From: Nannocystis bainbridge
GTDB taxonomy: Bacteria > Myxococcota_A > Polyangia > Nannocystales > Nannocystaceae
DNA: 64,000 nucleotides
Assembly: GCF_028368995.1 (NCBI RefSeq)
Contig: NZ_JAQNDL010000002.1
Coordinates: 864,001-928,000, forward strand
Reading direction: 5' to 3'
The notes beneath the pieces were generated by a model. That model did no database searches. It saw nothing but the letters and a program-made list of their open reading frames with translations, and was not told the DNA's origin. The stretch's first letter is position 1. Each line of letters starts with the position of its first letter. The position numbers and the translations under genes are program-made. Below, piece by piece: positions 22,069 to 31,887 of the stretch.

Positions 22069-24264
22069 ATGTTCACCCTCACGCTCGACCCACCGGAGGC
22101 GTCGCCCCGCCTCGCGGTCATCACGATCGACCGCCCGGGCGAGAAGGTCAATACGATCGCCCCGGCGGCGCTGGCCGCGATCGAGGAGCAGTTCGCCACG
22201 CTCGACAGCACCCCCGGCCTGGCCGGCATCGTGCTGATCTCGGGCAAGCCCGACAACTTCATCGCCGGCGCCGATGTCGACGTGTTCGCCACCGCCAAGG
22301 AGCGCAAGGACGTCGAGACCTTCAGCCGTAAGGGCCACGAGGTCCTCAAGCGGCTCGCCAACTCGAAGCTGCCGGTCGTCGCCGCCATCCACGGCGCCTG
22401 CCTCGGCGCTGGCCTCGAGCTCGCGCTGTGCTGCACCTGGCGGATCGCCACCGACTCGCCGAAGACGGTGCTCGGCCTGCCCGAGACGATGCTCGGCCTG
22501 TTCCCGGGCGGCGGCGGCGTGACCCGGCTGCCGCGCCTCATCGGCGTGCGCGAGTCGCTCGACATGATCCTCACCGGCCGCAACATCCGCCCGCGCGCGG
22601 CCAAGAAGATGGGCCTCGTCGACCAGGTGGTGAGCGAGGAGTCGCTGCTGGCCGCGGCGCGCCGGGCCGCGGGGCTGCTGGCGGCGGACAAGCTCGAGCC
22701 GCGGCTGCACCCGAAGGGCGACGTCGTCCGCGCGCTGCTCGAGCACAACCCGGTCGGCCGCAAGGTGCTGTTCAACCAGGCGCGCAAGACCGTCCAGCGC
22801 AAGACGCTGGGGCTGTATCCGGCGCCGCTCGTGGCCATCGACTTGATCGAGCGCGGGCTGACGCTGCCGCTCGACGAGGCGCTGGCCCAGGAGCCGCCGG
22901 CGTTCGCCGAGCTGGCGGTCGGGCCGGTGGCGCAGAACCTGGTGTCGCTGTTCCGCCGCAGCAACGCGCTGAAGAAGCAAGAGGTCAAGGACGCCGGCGG
23001 CGAGGTCGTCGAGGGCGAGCCCATCACCCGCCTCGGCATGGTCGGCGGCGGCTTCATGGGCGCCGACATCGCCGTGGTCTCGGCCGAGAAGGGCATCGAG
23101 ACGCGGATCCGCGACATCGCGCCCGAGCCGCTCGGCAAGGCGCTGGCCCACTGCAAGGCGTACTTCGACCGCCGGTCGCGGAGCCTCGGCGAGCGCCACG
23201 TGTTCAAGGCCCGGAGCCGGGTCAGCGGCAGCCTCGAGCTGACCGGCTACGGCACCATGGACCTCATCATCGAGGCCGTGCCGGAGAACCTCGGGCTCAA
23301 GCAGGACGTGTTCGCCCAGCTCGAGGCGATCGTGCCGCCGACGACGATCCTGGCGACCAACACCTCGGCGCTGCCGATCGGCAAGATCGGCGCGAAGATG
23401 GAGCACAAGGACCGCCTGATCGGCCTCCACTTCTTCTCGCCGGTGTCGAAGATGCCGCTGCTCGAGATCGTGGTGACGCCGGAGACCTCGGCGCAGACGC
23501 TGGCGACCTGCCTGCGCTACGCGGCCCAGATCGGCAAGACGCCGATCGTGGTCAAGGACGGCCCGGGCTTCTACACCACGCGCGTGCTCGGCTTCTACTT
23601 GATGGCCGCGCTGCAGATGGTGCAGGACGGTCACACCATCGAGGCGGTCGACCGCGGCGCGCGGCAGATCGGCTGGCCGGTCGGCCCGATCACGCTGCTC
23701 GACGAGGTCGGCATCGACGTCGGCGCCAAGGTGTCCAAGACCCTGGCCGAGGCGTTCCCCGAGCGCATCGTCGTGCCCGACACCGTCGACCAGTTCCTCG
23801 CCAGCAAGCGCTTCGGCCGCAAGAACGGCCGCGGGTTCTACATCTACCCGGGCGAGGGCGAGCGCGGGTTCCTCGGCAAGAAGCCGCGCAAGCGGGTCGA
23901 TCCCGAGGTCTACGGGTTCTTCGCCGGCCGCACGCCGCTGGCCGAGCCGGGCGATCCGGAGGAGCTGGGCGAGCGTCTGACGCTGATCGCCGCGGCCGAG
24001 GCCATCCGTTGCCTCGAAGAGGGCATCATCGCCTCGCCGCGCGACGGCGACATCGGGGCGGTGTTCGGCTTCGGCTACCCGCCGATGCGCGGCGGTCCGT
24101 TCCGCCACATCGACGCGCTCGGCCCGGGCGCGGTGGTCAGCCGCATGGCCCAACTGCGCGAGCGCTACGGCGAGGCCTACGCCCCGCCAGCGCTGCTGCT
24201 CGAGCTGGCCCGGACGGGCAAGAATTTCTCGAGCCTCAACAAGGATGAGGGAGGTGCTGCATGA
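22069..24264 (+). CDS. fadJ: Fatty acid oxidation complex alpha subunit (enoyl-CoA hydratase / 3-hydroxyacyl-CoA dehydrogenase)
   Basis: FIAGAD, GACLGAGLELAL, GGGFMG, IEAVPE, TNTSAL, HFFSP. Confidence 0.92.
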   Translation: MFTLTLDPPEASPRLAVITIDRPGEKVNTIAPAALAAIEEQFATLDSTPGLAGIVLISGKPDNFIAGADVDVFATAKERKDVETFSRKGHEVLKRLANSKLPVVAAIHGACLGAGLELALCCTWRIATDSPKTVLGLPETMLGLFPGGGGVTRLPRLIGVRESLDMILTGRNIRPRAAKKMGLVDQVVSEESLLAAARRAAGLLAADKLEPRLHPKGDVVRALLEHNPVGRKVLFNQARKTVQRKTLGLYPAPLVAIDLIERGLTLPLDEALAQEPPAFAELAVGPVAQNLVSLFRRSNALKKQEVKDAGGEVVEGEPITRLGMVGGGFMGADIAVVSAEKGIETRIRDIAPEPLGKALAHCKAYFDRRSRSLGERHVFKARSRVSGSLELTGYGTMDLIIEAVPENLGLKQDVFAQLEAIVPPTTILATNTSALPIGKIGAKMEHKDRLIGLHFFSPVSKMPLLEIVVTPETSAQTLATCLRYAAQIGKTPIVVKDGPGFYTTRVLGFYLMAALQMVQDGHTIEAVDRGARQIGWPVGPITLLDEVGIDVGAKVSKTLAEAFPERIVVPDTVDQFLASKRFGRKNGRGFYIYPGEGERGFLGKKPRKRVDPEVYGFFAGRTPLAEPGDPEELGERLTLIAAAEAIRCLEEGIIASPRDGDIGAVFGFGYPPMRGGPFRHIDALGPGAVVSRMAQLRERYGEAYAPPALLLELARTGKNFSSLNKDEGGAA

Positions 24265-25556
24265 GTTCGCAAGTCCGCAGGGTCGCGGTGGTCGCGGGGG
24301 CGCGTACGCCCTTTTGTAAGGCGGGCGGGCAGCTGATCCGCAGCTCGGCCGTGCAGCTCGGCGTGGCGGCAGCCCGCGAGACGCTGCTCAAGGCGCAGAT
24401 CCGTCCGGAGCGCGTGCAGGGCCTCGTGTTCGGCATCGTCTCGCCGCCGGTCGGCGCGCCCAACATCGCCCGCGAGATCGCGCTGGCGGGGGCGTTCCCC
24501 ACCGGCGTGCCGGGCTTCACGATCAGCATGGCGTGCATCTCGAGCAACCAGGCGATCACGACCGCGGCCGAGAGCATCGCCCTCGGCAAGGCCGACGTCG
24601 TGCTCGCCGGCGGCGCCGAGGTGCTGAGCGACGTGCCGATCCAGTACGGTCGCCGCTTCCGCGACGCGCTGTTCGTCGCCAGCAAGGCGCGCAGCGCCGG
24701 CGAGCGGCTCAAGGCGTTCCGCGGGGTCAAGCTCGCGGACCTCGCCCCGGTGGCGCCAGCCATCGCCGAGACCTCGACCGGCCAGACGATGGGTCAGTCG
24801 GCCGAGAAGATGGCCAAGGCGTTCGGCATCAAGCGCGAGGACCAGGACAAGTTCGCCGCCCAGAGCCACCTCCGCGCCAGCGAGGCGTGGAAGAACAAGC
24901 TCATCTCGCCGCGCGTGGCCCCCGTGGCCGTCCCGCGCGGCAAAGAGGTGTCGGTGGTGACGAGCGACGATCACCCGCGCGGCGACACCAGCGTCGAGAA
25001 GCTGGCCAAGCTGAAGCCGGTGTTCGACCGCGAGCTCGGCTCGGTCACCGCGGGCAACAGCTCGCCGCTGACCGACGGCGCGTCGGCGGTGCTGCTGGCC
25101 TCGGAGGAGGTCGCTCGCGCCGAAGGCTGGCCGATCCTCGGCATCCTCCGCGGCTACCAGTACACCGCCATCGACCCGTTCGAGCACCTGCTGATGGGCC
25201 CCGTCAGCGCGGTCGCCAGCGTGCTCGATCAGACCGGCCTGGCGCTGTCGGACCTCGGCGTGATCGAGATGCACGAGGCGTTCGCGGCCCAGGTGCTGGC
25301 CAACATCCACGGCCTCGGCTCGGCCAAATACTGCGCCGAGAAGCTCGGGCGGGCGGCCGCCGTCGGTGACATCGATCCGACGTTCATCAACCAGTGGGGC
25401 GGCAGCATCAGCCTCGGTCACCCGTTCGGCGCCACCGGCGGCCGCCTGGTGATCCAGCTGCTCGACCAGATGGCCCAGCAGTCGGCCCAGTTCGGCCTGA
25501 TCTCGGCGTGCGCCGCCGGCGGCATGGGCTCGGCGATGATCTTCGAGCGGGCGTAG
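24261..25556 (+). CDS. fadI: Acetyl-CoA C-acyltransferase (thiolase)
   Basis: ACISS, HEAFA, GHPFGATG, CAAGGMG; ATGA overlap. Confidence 0.92.
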   Translation: MSSQVRRVAVVAGARTPFCKAGGQLIRSSAVQLGVAAARETLLKAQIRPERVQGLVFGIVSPPVGAPNIAREIALAGAFPTGVPGFTISMACISSNQAITTAAESIALGKADVVLAGGAEVLSDVPIQYGRRFRDALFVASKARSAGERLKAFRGVKLADLAPVAPAIAETSTGQTMGQSAEKMAKAFGIKREDQDKFAAQSHLRASEAWKNKLISPRVAPVAVPRGKEVSVVTSDDHPRGDTSVEKLAKLKPVFDRELGSVTAGNSSPLTDGASAVLLASEEVARAEGWPILGILRGYQYTAIDPFEHLLMGPVSAVASVLDQTGLALSDLGVIEMHEAFAAQVLANIHGLGSAKYCAEKLGRAAAVGDIDPTFINQWGGSISLGHPFGATGGRLVIQLLDQMAQQSAQFGLISACAAGGMGSAMIFERA

Positions 25557-25730
25557 CTCGCCTCGCCGCTCGCCCCCGCGGGCCTCGAGGTCGCCTCGAG
25601 GCCCGTTCGTGCTTTCGGCGAACACGCGTCGAGGCGCTCGCTACCGGGCTGTGCGGACCGCGAGAGCCGTTCGTGGTTTCGGCGCGTGCGCGTCGAGGAC
25701 AGACGGGCGAGTGCCAGGTCAGGTTTTCCT

Positions 25731-25801
25731 ACTGTCCCTTGGGGCATGCCCACACGACCATGTCGTGATGGACATGCCCGGAGGAGCATGTCTAAAAGGA
25801 T
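25731..25801. repeat. 14-bp-period array
   Basis: CATG at 25745, 25759, 25773, 25787; between convergent genes. Confidence 0.85.
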
Positions 25802-25807
25802 AGCCGT

Positions 25808-26599
25808 TCAGGCGAGCCGCGTATCGCCGTCGTCGCCGTTGTCGTCGAAGCGATCGTCGTCATCGTCGTCGCCGCCGTCCAGCAGATCGAGCTCGTCGTC
25901 GTCGCCCGCCAGGCGCGGCGCGGCCGGCGGGGTGGCGAGCGCGTAGGCCAGTGGGGCCACGCCGAGGCGCTTGATCCGGAACAGGTTGAGGCCGATGGCC
26001 GCGGTGACCTCGGGGCTGCCGCGGTACTGCAGGCGGCAGTCGCCGGTGGCCGCGATCTGCAGCGACCCGCCGAGCCGGCCGAATTGCTGGAAGCGCAGCA
26101 GCTCCGGCGGATCGCCGCGCAGCGTCACGCCGGCGTCGCCGGCCTCCGAGCCGTAGAAGAGCAGGTCGCGGCCCTTGAACAGCTCGCCGACCACGAAGTA
26201 GCGGAGGAACGGCCAGTCGTCGCGCTCGCGCAGGGCGAGCGCGATCTGCCGCGGGCTCTGCAGGCGATCGACGTCGAGCTCGGCGACCGAGACGAAGAAC
26301 GAGGAGCGGCGCGAAAGGTTGATGTCGAGCGCGGCCCCGGCCTCGCCGACGGCCAGCTCGGCGGCGCCGCCGAAGCCGAGCGAGCCCTCGCTGTGGTACT
26401 GGAATTTGTCGGCGCGCCGACCGCCCGGCTCGACGACGACGGGCACGCCGAAGTCGGTGGTGACGTGGCCGATGCGGACGAACACGCCGCCGCGGAACAC
26501 CCCGTAATCGCCGGGGCGCACGTCGAGCAGCGGCGGCCACACGGCCCGGCAGCGCAGGTGTCTCCGCAACGAACGGGTGTACTCGCGGGCGATGCTCAT
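25808..26599 (-). CDS. Candidate bacterial gasdermin-like pore-forming protein
   Basis: About 263 aa; element order resembles bacterial gasdermins (N-terminal helix, P..VRP, LDINLSRRSSFFVSV, YFVVGELFKG, RLQY...IGLNLFRI) plus short acidic tail; pattern recognition only. Confidence 0.55.
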   Translation of the reverse strand: MSIAREYTRSLRRHLRCRAVWPPLLDVRPGDYGVFRGGVFVRIGHVTTDFGVPVVVEPGGRRADKFQYHSEGSLGFGGAAELAVGEAGAALDINLSRRSSFFVSVAELDVDRLQSPRQIALALRERDDWPFLRYFVVGELFKGRDLLFYGSEAGDAGVTLRGDPPELLRFQQFGRLGGSLQIAATGDCRLQYRGSPEVTAAIGLNLFRIKRLGVAPLAYALATPPAAPRLAGDDDELDLLDGGDDDDDDRFDDNGDDGDTRLA

Positions 26600-26618
26600 C
26601 GCCCTCACTATGGCACGC

Positions 26619-27641
26619 CTACTCCCAGTCGAGCATGCTGAGCGAGGCGCGCACGAGCTCGCCCATCGACTCGCAGCGCAGGAAGCGGTCGTCGCGGTGG
26701 TAATGCGCGAGCTCCTGCCGCAGCCGCAGGATGTTGTCGAGCGGCGCGAGTTCGTCGGCGCTCATGGTGTGCAGGAGATCGCCGAGCGCCTCGTGCTCGG
26801 CCCGAGCGCGCAGCCGGAGCAGCGCGTGCTCCTCCTCCTGGTACTGCTTGACCGACTCGTGGGTCATGCACGACATGGCGAGGAAGATGACCGCGTTGTT
26901 CTGCGAGTAGTACTTGGGCATGTACACGTTGCAGCGGCCCTCATAGCTCTGCTGGTCGAAGTCGATCGCGCGGATCCGGATCATCACCTCGTCGAGGTCG
27001 GGGATGACGTTGACCACGAAGTTGCTCGAGTGCATGTCGCCCAGCAGGCGCACGAAGCAGCGCTCGTTGAACTTGACGAACTCCTTGGCCAGGCGCACCG
27101 CCTCGATCCGCGAGTCGCCGAGGTGCTCGCGGATGAACTGATCGCCCGGGATGCCGGCGATGTGCTCCTCGACGAGGGTGACGCTGTCGGTGAGGTACTG
27201 GATCCGGCTCGGCGACAGCAGGTCCTCGAGCTCGAGCCCGTAGAGCCGCGAGGCGTCGGCGTGCTTGACGTAGAAGTAGTCGAAGTTCTCGTTGAGGGTG
27301 TTGAGGATCCGGACGCGAAACGGCTGGGTGTTGCCGTAGGAGCAGACGTCGACGCGATCGGTGATGAGGTGCTGCATCAGCGAGGCGTTGCCCATGACTC
27401 GCATGTTGGCGTAGGTGCGCACGAGGTCGCGGTGGATCTCCTTGCGCATCGACGCCGGGTACAGCACCGACTGCCACAAGGTGTCGCGCCCGCGCTTGTC
27501 GTAGACCGGGGTGGCGTCGTCGTAGCGGGTGAGATCGGCGTACGACACCGGCAACTCGGCGAGGCGGCCGTGACGACGGAGATAGCTGCGCAGGCCCTCC
27601 TGCACGCGGTAGGGCCGCTTCTTCCGCGAGATCATCGCCAT
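26619..27641 (-). CDS. Conserved hypothetical protein with HipA/PI3K-like kinase motifs
   Basis: FYVK, LLGDMHSSNF (DxHxxN), AIDFD. Confidence 0.65.
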   Translation of the reverse strand: MAMISRKKRPYRVQEGLRSYLRRHGRLAELPVSYADLTRYDDATPVYDKRGRDTLWQSVLYPASMRKEIHRDLVRTYANMRVMGNASLMQHLITDRVDVCSYGNTQPFRVRILNTLNENFDYFYVKHADASRLYGLELEDLLSPSRIQYLTDSVTLVEEHIAGIPGDQFIREHLGDSRIEAVRLAKEFVKFNERCFVRLLGDMHSSNFVVNVIPDLDEVMIRIRAIDFDQQSYEGRCNVYMPKYYSQNNAVIFLAMSCMTHESVKQYQEEEHALLRLRARAEHEALGDLLHTMSADELAPLDNILRLRQELAHYHRDDRFLRCESMGELVRASLSMLDWE

Positions 27642-28361
27642 GCCGCGGCAGGATGACGGCTCGCAGGCGCCGGCGCAAGCGCGGCCGCGAAGGCACACCG
27701 GAGGGATCGCGGAGCATGCACCGCCGGGCCCGCGTGGACCGACGCGAGAGGTCCGCGGTCGTCTGGCGCTCCGCGGTCGCGGCGGGCGCAGCGTGGCGAA
27801 CCTCGGGACGTCGCGCTCGCGGCGATCGGGCTCGGTGTGCTCGCGCGAGGCTGTCCCATCGGACAGCTAGCTTCCTGCGACCCGAACGGCGACCGCGAGA
27901 GCGCGCGTGGCCGACGGTCGCGGGTGCGTGCGCCCGGCGAGCTGGGTCGGGGCGGCCGGGGCGTTCCCGTCGAGCCCCGGGCTTCGCGGAAGGACCGGCC
28001 CATGCGTGCGTAGATCGTGGGCACCGCCGCGTGAGCTCGCGCAGGGTCTCGCGGGAGAGGTCTGCCCCGGTGAGCGGCCGATCGGGACGGAGCGGCCATG
28101 ACGCTGCCTCCGACAGCCCTCGCGGGCCGGCAGCGTAGCTGTCTTTTGGGTCATGTCCGTGATCGCGGGCCCGGAGGGCCGGCCCGGATGCGCGGGCGCG
28201 GGCCTCGTCGCCGGCCTGTCGTGGCCCAGCGGAGCGCCAGGCTGCGCGAGCGCCTGCGGCCGAGAAGCCGTGGCGCGGAGGTCAGCGTGAAGGCCGGTTC
28301 ATCGCGCCCCCGGCAGTTTCTCCTGGCGGGCGCGCGCGGCCGTGGGCGATGATGTCACCCA

Positions 28362-29831
28362 ATGGTCTACCGAAACGTGACGCCGCTCGTCGTCGCCTGC
28401 GCGCTGGCGAGTGCCTGCGGCGACGATCTCAACACCACCGACAGTGCCACCGGGACCGATACCGAGGCGACGGGCACCACCGACACTTCGCCGACGACGA
28501 CCGACGCGCCGCCGACGACGACCGAGGCGACGACCGATGCGACCACCGGCGACACCTCGACGGGCACCACCGGCGACGAGTTCCCGGTCGGTGGTTGCGG
28601 GGCCCCGCCGTTCGAGTGGTTGCCGTCCGACGGCATGGGCGAGATCATCGACTTCGAGCAGGTCATCCAGCTCGACGCGCCGACGATCACCGACCTGCTC
28701 GAGCAGAACGGCTTTACGGCGCTCGGCGCCGCCGACTACGGCGCGCGCGTCTACAAGATCCGCTACGTGACGCAGGACCGCGGCGAGAAGCACGAGACCA
28801 CCGGGTTCGTGTCGTTCCCGATCCTGGACGCGCCGGAGGAGCGGCCGGTGGTGGTGTGGGCCCACGGGACCAGCGGCTTCACCGACGCGTGCGCGCCGAC
28901 CAAGGATCCGATGGGCTTCCAGGTGCCGCTGATCCTGGCCGCGAAGGGCTTCATCTCGGTCGCGCCCGACTACATCGGCATGAACGGCTGGGGCCCGGCG
29001 TCGAACCGGCTGCACCCGTACATCGTGCCCGAGCCGACGGCGATCGCCACGCTCGACTCGATCCGCGCGCTGTATCAGCTGGCCGCGGGCAACATGGATC
29101 TGCCGAGCCTGCCGGGCGACGAGGTGGTCCTGTTCGGCGCCTCGGAGGGCGGCTTCGCCACGCTGTGGGCCGACCGCTACGCGCCCCACTACGCGCCCGA
29201 GCTCAACATCGTCGCCAACGTCGCCGCGGTCCCGCCGACCGACGCGGTCGGGCTGACCGAGCACGGCGCGACGGTGTTCGGGCCGACCACCGGCGCGCTC
29301 GCGGCCGCGGTCGTCGGCGGCTGGGACTGGACCGGGCGCCAGGGCGACCTCAGCGAGGTGCTCAGCGCCGGCCCGCCGATCGACGTCGCCACGGTGCTGC
29401 CGATGATGATGGAGGGCGGCTGCAACTTCGACCTGCCGCCCGAGATCACCAGCACCGATCAGGTCTACGCGCAGTCGTTCATCGACGCGGTGATCGACCG
29501 CGACTGGGAGGCGCTCGGCGACTGGGGCTGCTTCCTGCGCCAGGCGACGCTCGGCGAGTCCGAGGTCCCGCTGCTGAAGATCACGCCGACGCTGATCCAG
29601 CAGGGCGAGGTCGACGACCTGGTCTACACGCCGGTGGTCAAGGCCGACCTGCCGCGCCTGTGCGACCAGGGCTACCAGCTCGAGCACATCGACTGCGCCG
29701 GCGCCGGCCACGGCGACTCGGTGCTGCAGGCGGTGCCGTACATCCTGCAGTGGGTCAACGAGCGCCTCGACGGCGCGCCGCTGGCCGAGCCGTGCGTGAT
29801 CCACGAGCCGACCGACTGCACGCAGCTGTAG
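28362..29831 (+). CDS. Secretory-lipase-like alpha/beta hydrolase lipoprotein
   Basis: Lipobox ASAC, Thr-rich linker, WAHGTSG, APDYIG, GASEGG nucleophile motif. Confidence 0.85.
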   Translation: MVYRNVTPLVVACALASACGDDLNTTDSATGTDTEATGTTDTSPTTTDAPPTTTEATTDATTGDTSTGTTGDEFPVGGCGAPPFEWLPSDGMGEIIDFEQVIQLDAPTITDLLEQNGFTALGAADYGARVYKIRYVTQDRGEKHETTGFVSFPILDAPEERPVVVWAHGTSGFTDACAPTKDPMGFQVPLILAAKGFISVAPDYIGMNGWGPASNRLHPYIVPEPTAIATLDSIRALYQLAAGNMDLPSLPGDEVVLFGASEGGFATLWADRYAPHYAPELNIVANVAAVPPTDAVGLTEHGATVFGPTTGALAAAVVGGWDWTGRQGDLSEVLSAGPPIDVATVLPMMMEGGCNFDLPPEITSTDQVYAQSFIDAVIDRDWEALGDWGCFLRQATLGESEVPLLKITPTLIQQGEVDDLVYTPVVKADLPRLCDQGYQLEHIDCAGAGHGDSVLQAVPYILQWVNERLDGAPLAEPCVIHEPTDCTQL

Positions 29832-29903
29832 GTCCGCGAGGACAGGTCCGCGAGGGCAGGTCCGAACGGACAGGTCCTCGGGGACATGCTCGTTCGGGCA
29901 GGC
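29829..29903. repeat. 14-bp-period array
   Basis: CAGG/CATG at 29843, 29857, 29871, 29885, 29899; convergent junction. Confidence 0.85.
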
Positions 29904-31592
29904 TCAGTCGGCGGGCGGCCCGACCGGCAGGGCGGGGGCGACGGGGGTCGCGGCGGCCCAGGCGTCGAGGTGGCGCAGCACGGCCATGACGATGCGGTCC
30001 TCGGCGCGCTTGCGCTTGGCGGCGACGGCGACGCGGCCGTCGTCGACGTTGATGAGGATCGAGAAGCCGACCTGCGGGGTGCCGTCCTCGGCGGTGATGA
30101 CCCCGGTGAGGCCGCTGACGCCGTCGAGGGTGCCGGTCTTGGCGCGCACGCGCTTGCCCGACTGGCGCAGGCGCGACAGCATGGTCCCGCGCTCGCCGGC
30201 GACCGGCAGGGCCGAGACGAGGCCGCCCTCCTCGGCGCGCACGCGGCCGGCGAGGGCGATGAGGTCGACGAGCGCGCTGGTGGTGACGCGGCCGAGATCC
30301 GACAGGCCGGAGCCGTTCTCGAACACGAGGGCGTTGGGGTCGAGGCCGAGCGCGCGCCAGTAGCCGAGCACGACCTCGGCGCCGTTGTCCCAGTCGCCCG
30401 GGCTCTGGGTCACGCGCCAGCCGATGCAGCGCAGCAGCTGCTCGGCCATGAAGTTGTTGCTGAAGGCGAGCGCGTCGGCGGCGACGACCGCGAGCGGGGC
30501 CGAGTCGCGGCGCGTGACGAGCTCGGCGCCGTTGCCGTAGGGCGGGGCGGCGCCGCGGACGACCGGGAGCGGGGCGTCCTGGCTGCGCGTGGCGAGCAGG
30601 ACCGCGAGGGCGCCGCCGGTGTAGAGGCCAGGATCGGAGATCCGGCGTCGCACGAGCACGGGCTTGGCTTTGCGGCGGATCTTGCCGGTGACCTCGACGA
30701 CGGTCTCGACGCCGTCGCCCTCGCCGCGCGCGTAGGTGCGGACCGTGGGCACGCCGCTGCCGATGGTGGCGCGGTTGTCGATGACGAGGTGGGTGCTGTC
30801 GGGGAACAGGGTGACGACGGGGCCGTCGGCGGCCGGCGTGATGGTGATCTGGACGGTGTTGAAGTCGAGGCTGAGGGCGCCGCTCGGGGCCTGATACGAC
30901 ACGCCGACCGCGGTGTCGCTGAAGCCGGGGGCCAGGCGGCGCTGCGAGAAGGCGGCGTCGTCGACGACGATGCGCGTCAGCGAGGCGAGGTCGGTGCGCG
31001 CGGCGATCTCGTCGACGAGCGCGGCCAGAGCGACGTGGTCGAAGCTGGGGTCGCCCTCGCCGATCACCACGAGGTCGTCGCCGTGCCGCAGCACGCGGGT
31101 CTCGAACCGGTAGTCGGCGCCGAGCAGGTCGAGCGCGGCGGCGGTGGTCAGCAGCTTGTTGTTGCTGGCCGGGTTGAGCGGGACGTCGCCCTGGAAGTCG
31201 AACAGCACGGTGTCGCTGCCGAGGTCGCGGACGTGCACGCTGACCGAGGCGAGCCGCTCGAGCGGGGCGACGATCTTGCGGATCGCGGCGTCGAGCCCTG
31301 CGGTGTCGAGCGCGATCGGCGGGCCGGAGGCGCCGCCGCGGGTGCGCTCGACAGCGCGGCTGATCGCCTCCAACCGCGTCAGCAGCCGCTCGGCGGCGGT
31401 CGGCGGCGGCAGCTCGTCCGGCACCACCGCGACCTCGACGTAGGCGTCGCGCCGCGGCTCGGCCTCGCCTGTCTCGAGGGACATGGCATAGGGGACAGGG
31501 GCGACCAGGCGGGTGAGGGCGCCGCCCGCGAAGGCGAGGGCGGCCGCGGCGAGCAGGGCCATCGCGCCGGCTGCCGCGGGCCAGACGTGCAT
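29904..31592 (-). CDS. dacB: D-alanyl-D-alanine carboxypeptidase/endopeptidase (PBP4); start uncertain
   Basis: PASNNK (SxxK), GEGDP, SNN, NGSGLS, KTGTL. Confidence 0.9.
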   Translation of the reverse strand: MHVWPAAAGAMALLAAAALAFAGGALTRLVAPVPYAMSLETGEAEPRRDAYVEVAVVPDELPPPTAAERLLTRLEAISRAVERTRGGASGPPIALDTAGLDAAIRKIVAPLERLASVSVHVRDLGSDTVLFDFQGDVPLNPASNNKLLTTAAALDLLGADYRFETRVLRHGDDLVVIGEGDPSFDHVALAALVDEIAARTDLASLTRIVVDDAAFSQRRLAPGFSDTAVGVSYQAPSGALSLDFNTVQITITPAADGPVVTLFPDSTHLVIDNRATIGSGVPTVRTYARGEGDGVETVVEVTGKIRRKAKPVLVRRRISDPGLYTGGALAVLLATRSQDAPLPVVRGAAPPYGNGAELVTRRDSAPLAVVAADALAFSNNFMAEQLLRCIGWRVTQSPGDWDNGAEVVLGYWRALGLDPNALVFENGSGLSDLGRVTTSALVDLIALAGRVRAEEGGLVSALPVAGERGTMLSRLRQSGKRVRAKTGTLDGVSGLTGVITAEDGTPQVGFSILINVDDGRVAVAAKRKRAEDRIVMAVLRHLDAWAAATPVAPALPVGPPAD

Positions 31593-31887
31593 GCGCACAC
31601 AATGCGGCGAGGCGGAAGAGCCCGTCAAGCTGCGCGGCGGCGCAGCCGCGGCGGAGCGCGCTGCGCGAGGTGACAGCGGCGTCAGGTCGGCCGAGAAGGC
31701 TGGCCGAAGGGACATGTGAGGACCGCGCGCGCGGACGCCCGTGCGCGCGCCTGCACGCGCAGACAGACGCGGTTCGTCGCGCAATTCCCCGGGTCCGCGC
31801 AGGGGCAGCGCCCGGGCGCGCTCGCGCTCGCTCACGTCCGTGGCCGTCGTCATGGACCCGATCGGCGAAGGCCCATAGGGCTGCGGA

